63,762 nucleotides of DNA, filler included, from Diploschistes diacapsis (GCA_023645945.1; 22 parts of 22 records of this genome joined end to end with filler, not necessarily neighbours in it); one strand, 5' to 3'; counted from the first letter of the whole stretch, positions 48,075 to 61,709 are shown. Translations and numbers: made by a program. The notes: a model not told the origin generated them from the letters alone.

Positions 48075-48951
48075 CTAGGCAGTCACCTGGCACGTCACAG
48101 CTAGTCGGGCACTTCCCAACCATTCCTTGTATATAGCCAATCACGGACGCTAGGTCACGTGACTGACAGATATTCAGTAACAGACATCTGTTAGGGACAG
48201 ATCTGCCTAAACAGTTATTTATTAGTAACAGCTCTGTCGTAATAGTTCTACTGTCGGTAAATAGCTATCGCTTTAAATTATATAAGAATATCGTTATGGT
48301 TTTTTTAAATCGAGGCGTGTTTATTTTTATAAATATATTTAGCGATTGCTCGAGATTAATTTATATACGAGTCGACGGCGATTCGCTTACGATATCTTTA
48401 TTATCTATTTTGTTAATTATTAGAACGTATATTCGTTAACTTTTATTAAACGGATAATAATCTTTTTAAAAATTAATATAAATCTATAACCGATTTATTC
48501 TTTTTTTATTATATTTTTCTTTTAATAGAAATTAAATTATTTTAATTAATATTTCGTGTTTATATTATAAAGATAAAGATTATTATACTTAAATATTTTT
48601 AAAAATAAATATTTTAAATAATATAATCGGGCGATTATTATTATAAATTAAGTCCGTATTAATTTTAATAATATTAAAATTCGATACGATTATGACGGAT
48701 ATTACGGTGTTATGATCTCTATCTCTACNNNNNNNNNNNNNNNNNNNNNNNNNNNNNNNNNNNNNNNNNNNNTTAATTAATTAANNNNNNNNNNNNNNNN
48801 NNNNNNNNNNNNNNNNNNNNNNNNNNNNGGGAAGGGGGGTTTCGGAGGCGTTTCCCCCAATAAAATAGATCCCCCTCTCAATCCCACTTCGCCACGCCCA
48901 TCCCAAACACCAGCATACATGCCCACTCTTCCATACTAACCCAAGCCCCCA

Positions 48952-49982
48952 GCGTAACGCCCTTCAACACCTCGCACGCCTCCCTCCTCGAGACGCCGTC
49001 GGAGCACAACTTCGGCGACGACTGCCCCATCTTCGACGGGCTGTACCGCTACTGCACGCTCTACTCGGGCGGCACGCTGGACGCGGCGCGCAAACTGACG
49101 TCGCAGCAGTCGCAAATCGCAATAAACTGGTCGGGCGGGCTGCACCACGCGAAAAAGAACGAAGCGTCGGGCTTCTGCTACGTCAACGACATCGTGCTGG
49201 CGATCCTGCAGCTGCTGCACACGCACCCGCGCGTGCTGTACATCGACATCGACGTGCACCACGGCGACGGGGTCGAGCAAGCCTTCTGGTCGACGGACCG
49301 GGTCATGACGCTCTCCTTTCACAAGTACGACCCGAAGGAATTCTTCCCCGGCACGGGCGCGCTGTCGGACACGGGGCCCAAGTCGCACGCGAACCCGGGC
49401 TCGCACCACACGCTCAACATGCCGCTGCACTCGGGGATCGAGGACGAGCAGTACGTGCGGCTGTTCCGGGACGTGGTCGGCCCCGCGGTGGCGGCCTTCC
49501 GGCCGTCGGCCATCGTGCTGCAGTGCGGCGCCGACTCGCTGGGCGGCGACCGGCTGGGCTGCTTCAACCTGAACATCAAGGCGCACGGCGCGTGCGTGCG
49601 CTACACCAAGTCCTTCGGCCTGCCCCTGCTGCTGGTCGGCGGCGGCGGCTACACCGCGCGCAACGTCGCGCGCCTGTGGGCCTACGAGACCGCCCTCGCC
49701 ATCGGCGCCCCGGACATCGACGCCAGCCTGCCCATGCACACCCCCTTCCGCGACCACTTCCGCGACGGCACCCTGTTCCCGCCCCTCAGCGAAATGGGGA
49801 ACAAGTTCTCCAACATGAACGACCGCCGCTACCTGGAGAGCCTGGTGCAGGGCGCGCGCGAGACCCTGAGGTATGTCAAGGGCGCGCCGAGCGTGCAGAT
49901 GAGTCGCATTCCGCCGGACTTGGGCGGCTTGCGGGAGGAGCTGGAGAGGGAGGTTGGGCGGTGGAGGAGGGAGAGGGAGGAG
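48952..49982 (+). CDS. HOS2: Class I histone deacetylase, Hos2/HosA type (partial at both ends)
   Basis: [45 protein letters not shown]...[24 protein letters not shown]; begins after CTAAC...CAG acceptor. Confidence 0.88.
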
Positions 49983-50082
49983 NNNNNNNNNNNNNNNNNN
50001 NNNNNNNNNNNNNNNNNNNNNNNNNNTTAATTAATTAANNNNNNNNNNNNNNNNNNNNNNNNNNNNNNNNNNNNNNNNNNNN

Positions 50083-50586
50083 ATATAATTCTTTATTAAA
50101 TACGATCGAACTGCGAAAGATTAATAAAAAATTTAATCAAACGTTACGAGCCGTTTTAGAATTAATTAATCCGATTCGACGTTATTCGAATCGAATAACC
50201 CGTATGTTTAAATCGACGTATATTAAGTTTATAACGCTTCGTAAAAAAAACCGAAAATAAAAAACGTTTCTTAATAATTATAAAAAACGTAAATTAAATA
50301 AACGAATCGAATTAAAAGATCGTTTTATGTTTAACACAGACGAAGTTCTTAAAATAACAGCTCGGATTAAATCGAGTCGGACAGTTTCGAAACGACCTAC
50401 AACGCGCAAAAAACGTCGTCGCATTTCTGAAATCGAGAAAGATAAAAAGGAAAAAAATAGATTCGATTTAGATCGATTAGATTCTAATTACGACGAACAG
50501 GTTATATTTAAAAACCGTAGAATGTTAGCAGTAGTGATTTGAGGTAACCGGACTCTGGGGGTGGCCGGACTCACCGTCAAACACGT
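50083..50586 (+). mobile_element. Fot1/pogo DNA transposon end (family C)
   Basis: TIR ...CCGGACTCTGGGGGTGGCCGGACTCACCGTCAAACACGT then TA; other ends at 55930, 62039, 62274 (nested), 62977. Confidence 0.8.
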
Positions 50587-50905
50587 TATATTTAATTAAA
50601 TCGAGTTATCGAGATTAATCTTTTTAACGAAATATTAATACTCGTCCGCGTATCGCTTTTATCGTTATTACGTTAATATTATATATCTTTTAACACCGAT
50701 AGAATAACGAAACAAAAAACGATTACTCGCGAGAAAATAAATAATTAAAATATTAATACCATCGCCGAAATTATATAAGATACCTAGAACTTCGCGAAAA
50801 GACATATAATATTAATTTAATAACGATAAAAACGATACGCGGACGAATATTATTATCTCGTTAAAAAAATCAATCCCGACGACTCGATTTAATTAAATAT
50901 ACGTA
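50587..50905. mobile_element. Foldback/MITE with about 105-bp inverted arms
   Basis: 50587-50691 is an imperfect reverse complement of 50797-50901. Confidence 0.65.
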
Positions 50906-50909
50906 ATAT

Positions 50910-51236
50910 TAAAACTACCCGAGCCTATAAAAAATTAAATAATAAATAAAACGATCCTTATAACGTCTTACGAAAAATAAACGAAGTCGATTTCGAGCTA
51001 GACCTACTAACGTCAATAAAATAATTCAAAACGTTTTACGCGTTTTTACTTTTAAAAGACCCGCAGGACCCCTTAGAAGGACAGACGCATCTTAGACCAT
51101 CCCCGGTAGAGACAGAAATTAAAGAAGAATGAGAACTCGAGAAGATCCTCGACGCCAAAAAAGGCCCTAAACGAGAAATAAACGTCCAATATAAAATACG
51201 TTAAATAAGATAATTAATCGACGATAATTAATATTC
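50910..51236 (+). mobile_element. Gypsy chromovirus integrase/chromodomain relic
   Basis: EEE*ELEKILDAKK...QYKIR* matches EWEVExILD...QYLVKW. Confidence 0.65.
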
Positions 51237-51336
51237 NNNNNNNNNNNNNNNNNNNNNNNNNNNNNNNNNNNNNNNNNNNNTTAATTAATTAANNNNNNNN
51301 NNNNNNNNNNNNNNNNNNNNNNNNNNNNNNNNNNNN

Positions 51337-51930
51337 GCCTTATAATGCTTATAGTTTTTAAAAGATATTAGCTATTCTGACCTTATAAAACTATTTTTAT
51401 ATACTATTAATCTATTCGGTAATAATATTGATTTTTTAAATTTAATAAAATACGCGAAAATTAATAATCGTTTAAAACACGTCGATATTACTTATCATTA
51501 CGTATAAGATCTTATTAAATCAAAACGTATTAGAATATTTTATATTCTTATCGATAAAATGATTATTAACGAATTTACGAAACCATTAAATTATTCGAAA
51601 CACGACGTTTTTATTAAGAAACTCGGCCTAATCCAAAAGATATCTAATTAGACTATATAGATATGCTAAACGATTCCGCCTATAAAGAAATATTGAACAG
51701 ATAGGCAGAAGGCATGATTAAAAGTTCGATTGAGTTTTAATCGAGGATTCAGTTCAGCTGAACTCTGAGGTTCAGTTCAGTTGAACCTTTTGGAACTCTG
51801 ACTAGACCGATCGGGAATAGTGTTGGCAATGAGGCTTAACGGAACCTATAGGGTATAAAAGTCTGCGCAGTAGGATATCTTTATAGGTGAAGACCTCTAG
51901 ACTTCAATATATCCATTACGTTGCCAAACA
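51337..51930 (+). mobile_element. Copia 3' end: RNase H relic and family A LTR (51691-51930)
   Basis: KHVDITYHYV*DL...MIINEFTKPL followed by LTR. Confidence 0.85.
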
Positions 51931-53040
51931 GATTTAATAAATAAAAAAGATATAAACGATTTTATGAAGTAATCTTTCGAGATTCGTTATCGGATTTACG
52001 TCTATAATCATACGAAATATGCCGGATTTTCATCCCGGAACGATCCGGACGGATCTAAATAAGAAACTTTGGGGGCTAATGATCCTATTTCCGAAAGAAT
52101 CTTATCTATAATTTTAAATCTTAATTCCCGTTATTATAAACACAAGGCGCGCTGTCTAGGGAGACTTCCCTTGCTGTAGTAGGTAGATAGTCGTAGGTGG
52201 GGTAGTAGGGGAATGTAGTGTGATTTCGTAGTCAACAGCATACCTAGGTAGGAGATTTGTGAGGTGTAGGATGCATTTATTGTCTAGAGCTACCTAGCAG
52301 GCCTCCTTAAATGGAGCTGTCCTGTGGGGATCATCCTTATTAAGTCTATAGTCTACTTTTATGTTTATATACGACCCTTCCTTTAATAATTCGCTGTCTT
52401 ATAGCGAATTTTATATAAGGCTTATTAATAGGAAATCTTTATTCCGTTATTTTTGTATCTTAATGTAGTCCTGTATCTTTCCGGTAATTGNNNNNNNNNN
52501 NNNNNNNNNNNNNNNNNNNNNNNNNNNNNNNNNNTTAATTAATTAANNNNNNNNNNNNNNNNNNNNNNNNNNNNNNNNNNNNNNNNNNNNAGGAACAAGG
52601 GTGAGTGCTTTGGCGAGACGTGCAGTTTCTGTATTTGTACGTAGTAGAAGTAAGTCTGTGTAAGCTGGTTTGCATGTAGTTTTAGTTTTAGTGGGCTGCG
52701 GATTAAATGCCCGAAATCCAAAGGCGAGCAACAGAGCCTTGTTTGCTTTCGTACAAAACATTCCCACAAGTCCTTTTGGGCTGTAGCACGAGGCTGGAGC
52801 CTGTATCCATGTCCTCTGATCAGCTATGCTGACCCGGCTCCACATTCTCGCCGCTCCAGCACCCTACAGAGCTCACCGCCTCTGCCGCTCCTCCCTCGAA
52901 GGCCATTCGGAACCTTCAATCGGCGTCACCTGGACTAGCATCTTCACCTTCAGGCCGCTCAAAGTGCGAAGCCAGGCCCGATAGGCCGCGGACTCTCCCA
53001 AGAACTTCCGTTCTTTTACCAACCTTTGGCTCGGCGTCGA

Positions 53041-53694
53041 TCACGACTTCCTCACAAGCAAATAAACATAGGCAATCCGCAGCGCCGTAAGCTTCTTATA
53101 CGGCCCTTCGAGGTACATCAGTAGCCCACCAAAGGAGACGAACACTTTTCTGCAGTTCCCAGGGGGTCAGCACTCGGCCTCCACACGCACTCGATTCCCC
53201 TACTCCCTCCAACCCATTCCCCTCGCAGCCTCATTAACCTCATCCGGCTCGAGCCACCTGGAGCCAGGATGACCGACTCCCCGCAAACAATCGCCCCCCC
53301 ACGCAACCCAAAAAAAAAAAAAAGCGAACAAAAAGAAAGTAAATCCCCCACCGACTCACATCATATCCCCATCCCCCTCCTCGAAGCGATACACCTTGCC
53401 ATGGCACACGTAGTCGTAATGGTCCGCCAGCGTGCTCTCGCCCTTCTGGATCTCCCTCCACATCCTGCCGTCGTCCTTGCTGCCGTCGGCCGCCAGCGTG
53501 CTGGCCAGGCACAGCGACAGGTTGTCCGCGACCGCGACGGGGTACAGCTCCGTGTTGACGTCCAGGGTCAGCGCGACGTCCGGGTTGCCGGAGGTGGCGT
53601 TGGTCGCGGAGATGCGGCTGACGCGGTCGTACTTTTCGGCGTTGATCGACGTGATGGTGAAGGTCTCGTCGAACAGGATGGAGTCGGACGACAT
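53041..53694 (-). CDS. RPB8: RNA polymerase I/II/III shared subunit RPABC3
   Basis: KYDRVSRI, LTLDVNTELYP, LADHYDYVCHGKVYRFEE; intron 53150-53359; exon 2 VSFGGLLMYLEG...VYLLVRKS*. Confidence 0.95.
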
Positions 53695-53843
53695 TTTTTG
53701 GGGAGCGAGGTGGGGGATCGAGGGTAGATGGGCGAGGAGAAGGNNNNNNNNNNNNNNNNNNNNNNNNNNNNNNNNNNNNNNNNNNNNTTAATTAATTAAN
53801 NNNNNNNNNNNNNNNNNNNNNNNNNNNNNNNNNNNNNNNNNNN

Positions 53844-54500
53844 AAGTTGAACAGGCTCGAATTAAAAGGTTATTAAAAGAAAACAAAAATGGGTAACTAC
53901 GATCGAATATATTTCAATTATTAGTAAAATATTATCGCCTATGATTATTTTTAAAATATTATATATTAATACCAGCTGGATTCCAGTCGAAACGCCTCGA
54001 AACTGACTGTTTAATATTAATAATAAAGAATAAATAATAAATAGATACGGATATTAATAACTTATACGTATTTTTAACCTTTTAATTAGATCGAATCGAC
54101 CCGAAACGCGTCGTTTATTAATTATAAACGATTATAATAGTTATATTACCGTTAATATTATTCGCTTTTATATATCTAATCGAATCGATTTAATAATATT
54201 ACCACCGCATAATTCTTATCTTCTTTAACCATTCGATGTCGCAGTATTTTCGTCGTTAAAAAACGCGTCAGCGTAAAAAACGGATCATATTATTTAATTA
54301 AATAAATCGTGTATAAAATAACTCGAAATCGAGCTATTATAAATCGAAACATTTAAATAAATTTTAAAAATATTAAATTATAAACTATTAATTTTATAAC
54401 CGTGTTTAATAAGCTTTGTTTAATTTATCGGACCCTTTTTTTATCTTTATTTTACAGTTTTTTTAATCACGAATCAATTCGATTTAAATTTATTCTTATT
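53844..54500 (+). mobile_element. RIP-degraded Fot1/pogo DDE transposase
   Basis: RRLLIINDYNSY...LPPHNSYLL*PFDVAVFSSLK matches LLILDGHxSH...LPPHSSHLLQPLDV. Confidence 0.85.
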
Positions 54501-54505
54501 ATATA

Positions 54506-54996
54506 ACGTATATGTATAGCGAGCGGACACTTATAGCGAACGGATACCCCTTATTTAATTTTACGACCTTTCAACTTTTGTATCAATTTTTTACGCGTAC
54601 GATCATGGAATCATCGTTCATTAAAAATAGAACTATAATGGCATTTTAGGCTATTAAACAAGACCTTAAACTTAATATAAAACGCGTATTTTAGATATAT
54701 AAGATTCTTCGTACGACGCTTATTACTCGACGCGATAATCGTATTTTAAAAAACGATATCGTAGCAAACTTAATAAATTTAATCGTGGTAAAAAAAAGAC
54801 TATTCTTAAATATATAATTAATTTAATCGAATATAATTTTTCGCCGCGATAGAACGACATACGCACTATAACTAATTTAATACGCATAACTCGAAATACG
54901 CGGCCGGTCGGACCACGATAAATATAAAATTTCGTACGTAAGTAAGAAATGTTTAAAATGCGATTTTAATATAAAATCGATTATTAAAAAATATTG
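54506..54996 (+). mobile_element. 5' end of another Fot1-like element (TIR and HTH region)
   Basis: TA then ACGT start, duplicated TATAGCGAGCGGACAC motif, degraded ...IYKILRTTL HTH. Confidence 0.65.
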
Positions 54997-55096
54997 NNNN
55001 NNNNNNNNNNNNNNNNNNNNNNNNNNNNNNNNNNNNNNNNTTAATTAATTAANNNNNNNNNNNNNNNNNNNNNNNNNNNNNNNNNNNNNNNNNNNN

Positions 55097-55925
55097 GTTA
55101 TATGGAACATCTGTTACTGGATCCTTAGATATTAATAGCTTGATTATAAAGTCCATCGTGATTGTTTTTTATGGTTGATCTGGTTTTTTAATGGTTTATG
55201 GAATCCCGTATCTTTTATACGTAGAGTGTTTATTCTTTTAATAGTTTTCGTATTGTTTGATAAAGTTCGTGACTTGTTTTTTTATTTTTTCGAAATGGCA
55301 GTTTCGTTAAATGATTTTGATAATATTCGTGATATCTTTATATCTATATTTTGGTGGATTATAGTGTTGTTGTATATAATTTTATATCCTTTCCGTAGGA
55401 ATCTATAATTTTCGTTATATTATTGGATATTGTTCGTGTTGATCTTTTAAGACGTTTATAATTATTATAAATTCTCGAAAATCCGTTATAAATAATTTAT
55501 CATTATTGATTTTTAATAGTTTAGCTTAACGCGGTTTTTTTATTATATAGTCTGGCCGTTTGTTTAGCGCGTTAACTCGTTCGTTTATTTTATTTATAAT
55601 CTTTTTAATCGTGAAACGGTATCGTCCGAGAATTTTTAACTAAACGAAACTATCTTAGGTTAAGTTTTTTTGTCGTCGTGAACTTTAATAAGTTTATATG
55701 GTCTATATAGATTTCGGTTTCTTTTGCTTCGTGAACATAGATGTACTATTCGTTTAAAATAGCGATTATGGCGAGTAATTCTTGATCGCTTATATCGTAG
55801 TTAATTTTTGTTGATGACATCTTTCTCGAGTAACAGGTTATCAGTCGTTACTTATTATTATTGTTAAATTATAATAGGTATGTTATAATAATTAATTTTA
55901 AAGCATCGATTTCGATTCGTATTAA
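55097..55925 (-). mobile_element. RIP-degraded Gypsy RNase H region
   Basis: Minus strand NYDISDQELLAII (NYxxxDKELLAI motif). Confidence 0.75.
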
Positions 55926-56683
55926 TTTAACGTGTTTCACGGGGATTCCGGCCACCCCCAGATTCCGGCCACCTCAAATCACTATTTTCATCTTACATTC
56001 GATCTTTCTCAATAATGATTACCTCGCATAATAATAATTCGATTTTAATAGAATTTAATATTAACGACTGTTTATAGGCCTTAAAATTATAATAATATAT
56101 TAAGATTTAAGAAATTGCTCGCGTATTTAAAGTATCTCGATTAATCATTATAGATCGACTCGATAGAGCTTAATTTCGTTCTAATAATCACGAAGCGATT
56201 TAAATCCTTTTAAATTCGGAAAAAAAGATATTAATACGATGGATTATACNNNNNNNNNNNNNNNNNNNNNNNNNNNNNNNNNNNNNNNNNNNNTTAATTA
56301 ATTAANNNNNNNNNNNNNNNNNNNNNNNNNNNNNNNNNNNNNNNNNNNNATCTAATTAAATATATTTCGAAAAGGTATGCGTAATATTCGTATTATTTCG
56401 TATTAATACCATATTAATACTATAATTAACCACGTGTGCGTATACCGAAAGATATCGCTATCGTTTTAATTAAAATAGAAAATCTCGATCCAGTAATAAC
56501 GCTAAAGGTACACCTTTTAAACCAGTGATAAGTATTAATATGACCGTTTTAAAAAATATCGTCGAGGTATCTTTAACGAAAATTATAACCGTAATCTTTT
56601 CTATCGTTATAACTAAAATTAAAACTTTCAAATTAATATAACTTCTAATAATAACAATATATCTTTAAAAGTCTATCAAAAAC

Positions 56684-56847
56684 TGTAAGGCCTGCGGGGT
56701 TACACATCTGCCGCCTACTGCCACAGCCATGCACCTACATATAGTGTAATAGGGAAACAGTGCTTCGGGGTTCCTGAAAGCATTGTGGTTAGTCTTTTGG
56801 CTCAGTGGGATAGCGCTACCTATTAGGCACTTCCCCCCGCTGTTACA
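56684..56847 (+). mobile_element. 164-bp solo LTR family F with TSD AAAAC
   Basis: TGTAA...TTACA ends, perfect 5-bp TSD, homologous to the LTRs of 60356-60959. Confidence 0.88.
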
Positions 56848-59268
56848 AAAACCGTTCCGGATCTAATATATCGATTCTTATAAATACGTTCGCTCGTAAA
56901 TCGTCGACGATATACAATTCTTTCGTGATTTACGCTAATCTACCGTCGTTAATCGAGAAATATAATTTCAAGACGACGTAATTCGTAACCGAATATTTAA
57001 TCTTACTTACTTTAATAATTTCTATCGGGATCGATATCGTAAATACCTTTATCTCAGGTTTCATTTTACATGGAATTTTTTTATTTATAAAACTTATAAT
57101 GTAAACATAAAAGTAGGCCGCAGACTTGGTGGGGGTGGTCCCCACAGGGCAGCTCCATTTAAGGAGGCCTGCTAGGTAACTCTAGACAATGAATGCATCT
57201 TACACCTCACAAATGTCTTACCTGGGTATGCTGTTGACTACGAGATCACACTACATTCACCTACTACATCACCTACGACTACCTACCTATTATAGCAAGA
57301 AAAGTCTCCTTAGACAACGCGTCTTATATTTATAATAAAAATTAACCTAAGGACTTGTCTAAGGACCCTTCCACATCTTACGAAAGATAAGGAGAAGGTT
57401 ATAATCTAAAAGCTCCAGACATGACAGAAAGACATTATTTACAAGAATATAGAAAGAGAAAGGAAAGGGACATCTGATTGTCCTTAAATAACCTACTAAT
57501 ATNNNNNNNNNNNNNNNNNNNNNNNNNNNNNNNNNNNNNNNNNNNNTTAATTAATTAANNNNNNNNNNNNNNNNNNNNNNNNNNNNNNNNNNNNNNNNNN
57601 NNATTCTTTATAAATAAAAAGTAACGAATATAAATTGATCTCGAACAATCGTTAAAGATATTTGTAAAAATAAACACGCCCCGATTTAAAAGAACCATAA
57701 TAATATTCTTATATAATCTAGGGCGACAGCTAGTTGCCGACAGTCGAGCTGTTACGACAGAACTATTACTAATAAATAGCTGTCCAGGTAGATCTGTCCC
57801 TAACAGATATCTATTACTGGATATCTGTCAATCACGTGACCTAATGTCCGTGGTTGGCTATATACAAGGAATGACTGAGAAGTGCCCGACTAGCTGTGAC
57901 GTACCAGGTGACCACTCGGTGACCTGGATCGTAACAGATTATTTACCTGAACTCTTTAATAAATTTATATTATATTACGCGATGGTTATTATGAAAGTTA
58001 TATTTGTAGAGAAGAAGGATTGTATTACTCTGCAAGAGATGTCTGTAAACGAATTATATACATTCTATATAACTAATCATGTTCCCCTACTCCTTTTCAC
58101 ACTCCCCCTAATTCGGTTATATTACATCTTCGTATACTCCTTCTGAAAAGTCTGAGATATCCGATGCAGCTTCCTCTTCGGAAAGCTTCGCCCTAGGCCT
58201 AAGTCCCAAACGGGCTCTCTTTCTTTTATTCTCCTTTACCTTTATTATTTCCTTATTTTCTTTTGTTTTTAGGCTCTTATAGCCTTTATTATCGAAATAT
58301 TTAAATATCGTTTAAACGTTAGAGGGATCCTTTAAGTATACCTAAGTAATAATATCTATATTCGATAACATTGTGCCAGTAATATCTTTAAATTCCTTAT
58401 ATTTCCTTTTTTAGTTGCTGTATTCAGCTTTAAGTCGCAATATCTTTTAACTCTAAAGGTTCATTTTTACTTCGATTATGGTCACGGCGTTTTTAATAAA
58501 TTAAAAATCGTTAACTAACTTTAAATAAAATATGATCGTAAACGTCTTTAAATATTCTAATTTAAGAACTGCTGAATGTTCTAAAAATATAATCTATTCT
58601 AACTCTCAAAGTAATGCAAGGACAGAAATCTCTAAAACAAGATTATCAAACTAAGAATCAATATTTAAATCGATAGAAAGATATCGAAACGATAAAGAAA
58701 GATCTTTCAATAAAGGAACTTTCATTAATAAAAGAGTATCAGGCAACTCGATATNNNNNNNNNNNNNNNNNNNNNNNNNNNNNNNNNNNNNNNNNNNNTT
58801 AATTAATTAANNNNNNNNNNNNNNNNNNNNNNNNNNNNNNNNNNNNNNNNNNNNCTATTAAAGTTATATTTTATATCGAATATTTATCTTAAGCTTACGA
58901 TATTAATAAATTTAGATAATTTAAGTAATTCAGTCTAAATTTGGTTTCTTAATAAAGAATCGATTTTTTTATTAATACTTTTTATTCTTGTCCGAAAATT
59001 GGATTATTTACGGCTTTTCTGTAATTTTTTGGGATATTAACACGTGTCGGATTTAAATCAACGTCGCTCGTTATTTCTTATTTATTGGCTATAAGCGTTA
59101 TATAATTTCTTAATATTTTGAGTAAAAAAATTGCTCGACATCTCGTTGTCGTTTATTAATAGCGATATTCGTGTTATATAACTCTTTAATGTTTTAAATA
59201 CTTATAATTATTAAAGCGTCTTTCGTGTTATTTATTATTTAAAAATTCTGTATGATAAAAGTTGTTAG

Positions 59269-59477
59269 TGTTTTGCAACGTAATGGATATATTGAAGTCT
59301 AGCGGTCTTGTCTTAGGAAGTAATCCTACTGTCAGACTTTTATCCTCCACGGTGTGCGCTAAGCCCTACTGCCCTAACCGGTCTAGTCCGAATTCCAGCA
59401 GGTTCAGGGGGTCAGCTGAACTGAACCCCTCCGGAATTGGGTCGAGCCTGCCATGCCTTCTGCCTGTCCGCTCAACA
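59269..59477 (-). mobile_element. Solo LTR family A with TSD GTTAG
   Basis: TG...CA ends, perfect GTTAG flanks. Confidence 0.88.
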
Positions 59478-60355
59478 GTTAGTATGGCGTTGATAGGTAT
59501 TATATGCGTAATTAGATTATCAATGGCGTATTTAATATTCGTTATTGATGTAAGAGGTTTTAATGATGCATTCGGTTTAATAAATTTAGGTTTAGGTTTA
59601 GGTTTACGTGTTATTTTTATTTTCAGAATTTCGATCCGTAAGAATCTTTTTATTAACGTCGGCCATTTTTATTTAATTCGGGTTATTTATAGGGAACGGG
59701 AGTAGAGGTTTTTATGATACTGTGATCTGTCGTGGGTTTAGATGGTAAAGATTTAGTATCGTTAAGCTAAACTTTTGTTTTTATGGTTATTAAGTTTTTA
59801 ACGTTTTCGATATTAGATACTAAATCGTTCGTTAAACGTGTCGATGGTTTCCGGACGTGTATGACCTTATTATTCTTTTTCTAACTTTTAAAAATCTTTA
59901 GTTTTTAATAAATAATTATTTTGTTTTTTTAAATTTAATTTAATTAATTTTAATAAATTTTTGATCGTCGGCTGTCTAGACTTTGTATTATTTATCGGTA
60001 TTAATANNNNNNNNNNNNNNNNNNNNNNNNNNNNNNNNNNNNNNNNNNNNTTAATTAATTAANNNNNNNNNNNNNNNNNNNNNNNNNNNNNNNNNNNNNN
60101 NNNNNNGAATAATAACTAAAGATGTTTATAAAAATAAATACGTTAGGATTTATAAAATTATAACGACGTTCTTATATAGTCAACGGCTTTTTAACAAAAT
60201 AAATAAGTAGATAGGTAGAATTACCCTTTTCCCGTTCTATTTATAGAAGGGTAAAATAGCTTTTAAGGTTTTTAATTATCACGTGACCGACGTCACCATG
60301 ATTGGACTATATATAAGGAATGGTTGGGAAGTGCTCGACTAGCTATGGAATGCTA

Positions 60356-60959
60356 TATAACAGCGGGGGTAGTGCCTAATAGGGTAATGCTATCCCACTG
60401 AGCCAAAAGATTAACATAATGCTTTCAGGAACCCCGAAGCACTGTTTCCCTATTATATTATATATAAATGCGTGGCTGTGGCAGCAGGGGGATCTGAACC
60501 CCAGGGCGCACTTTTGGGCGTTATAATTATCTTCCCTCCCCACAATACTAGCCTCCAGCACCTGCCACGTCTTATATAGCGCCCCGAGTATATTAGATAT
60601 TTCAAGCCATTTCTAACACCTACGTTATAGACTCAGAGGCGGGGTTATTCAGCCGCATTTAAAACTAACCGCATATTTCATATAACGTCAATCCCGCAAA
60701 ATCGCACGCTCAACCGTAACGCAATAAATTCGATTATATAAATAATAAACCTTATGCTCGAACTAACGACCTAAAAATAAAAGTATAACTATAATAACGG
60801 AAGTAATGCCTAATAGGATAACGTTATCCCACTAAATTAAAAGACTAACATAATATTTTCAGAAACCCCGAAGCACTGTTTTCTTATTATATTATATGGA
60901 GGTGCGTGGCTGTGGCAGCAGGGGGACCTGAACCCCAGGGCGCACCTTTGGGCGTTACA
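60356..60959 (-). mobile_element. Complete miniature LTR retroelement (TRIM-like), 604 bp
   Basis: Two 170-bp direct repeats (60356-60525, 60790-60959), 264-bp non-coding interior, PPT GGGGAGGGAAGA on minus strand, TSD TGCTA. Confidence 0.85.
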
Positions 60960-60998
60960 TGCTAAGTGGACTACCACCTAGTTATTTGGATCGTAACA

Positions 60999-61258
60999 TT
61001 ATTTAAAGTATAGAATAGTTGTTTTTTTAATCATTTTGTTTAAACCTTTATAATCGATATAACAACGTAGCGCATTATTTTTTCTTAATACAATCAAGAT
61101 CGGTATTCTTATAGAATTAATTAAAAACTTGATTTGTTCGTTTCGTACGATTTTATTAAAGTATTCACGTAATTTGTACAAATCTTTTAATTAATAAGTT
61201 ATATAATGGTCTATATAGGAATTAATCTTCTGTTTTAATATCGTGATCGATATATCGA
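60999..61258 (-). mobile_element. RIP-degraded Gypsy reverse transcriptase fragment
   Basis: IPILIVLRKNNALRCYIDYKGLN matches PILFVxKKDGxLRxCxDYRxLN. Confidence 0.8.
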
Positions 61259-61709
61259 NNNNNNNNNNNNNNNNNNNNNNNNNNNNNNNNNNNNNNNNNN
61301 NNTTAATTAATTAANNNNNNNNNNNNNNNNNNNNNNNNNNNNNNNNNNNNNNNNNNNNAAATTCTTTTATAAATTATGTTAAAAGTTTAATAACAGTCGT
61401 AAGTAGACTCGAAGGATCAAAACTAAATATAAACGAAAAAATAAATAACACCTATCATTTACGGGATCGATCGAAAGAACGCGGATTAACCCGAATAACA
61501 GGTTCTTCCCCGACAACGGCCCACGCGAGTTCATTAACGAGTATATTATTTCTAATTATAAGCTTCGTTAGAAACGTAATAAGAACTTATTGGGAATGGC
61601 TGACGGTGCGTTTGGCCATTATAATCAAAATATAAGAAACAAAGACGGCGAACGATGAATAAGAATAAACAACGACAATAATAAACTAAAAGAATAAATT
61701 CGAAATTAT

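Noticed and set aside
60920..60940. tRNA T-arm/B-box-like hairpin GGGGTTCAGGTCCCC in the TRIM LTR
   Set aside because: Imperfect B box, no A box or cloverleaf, absent from the related solo LTR
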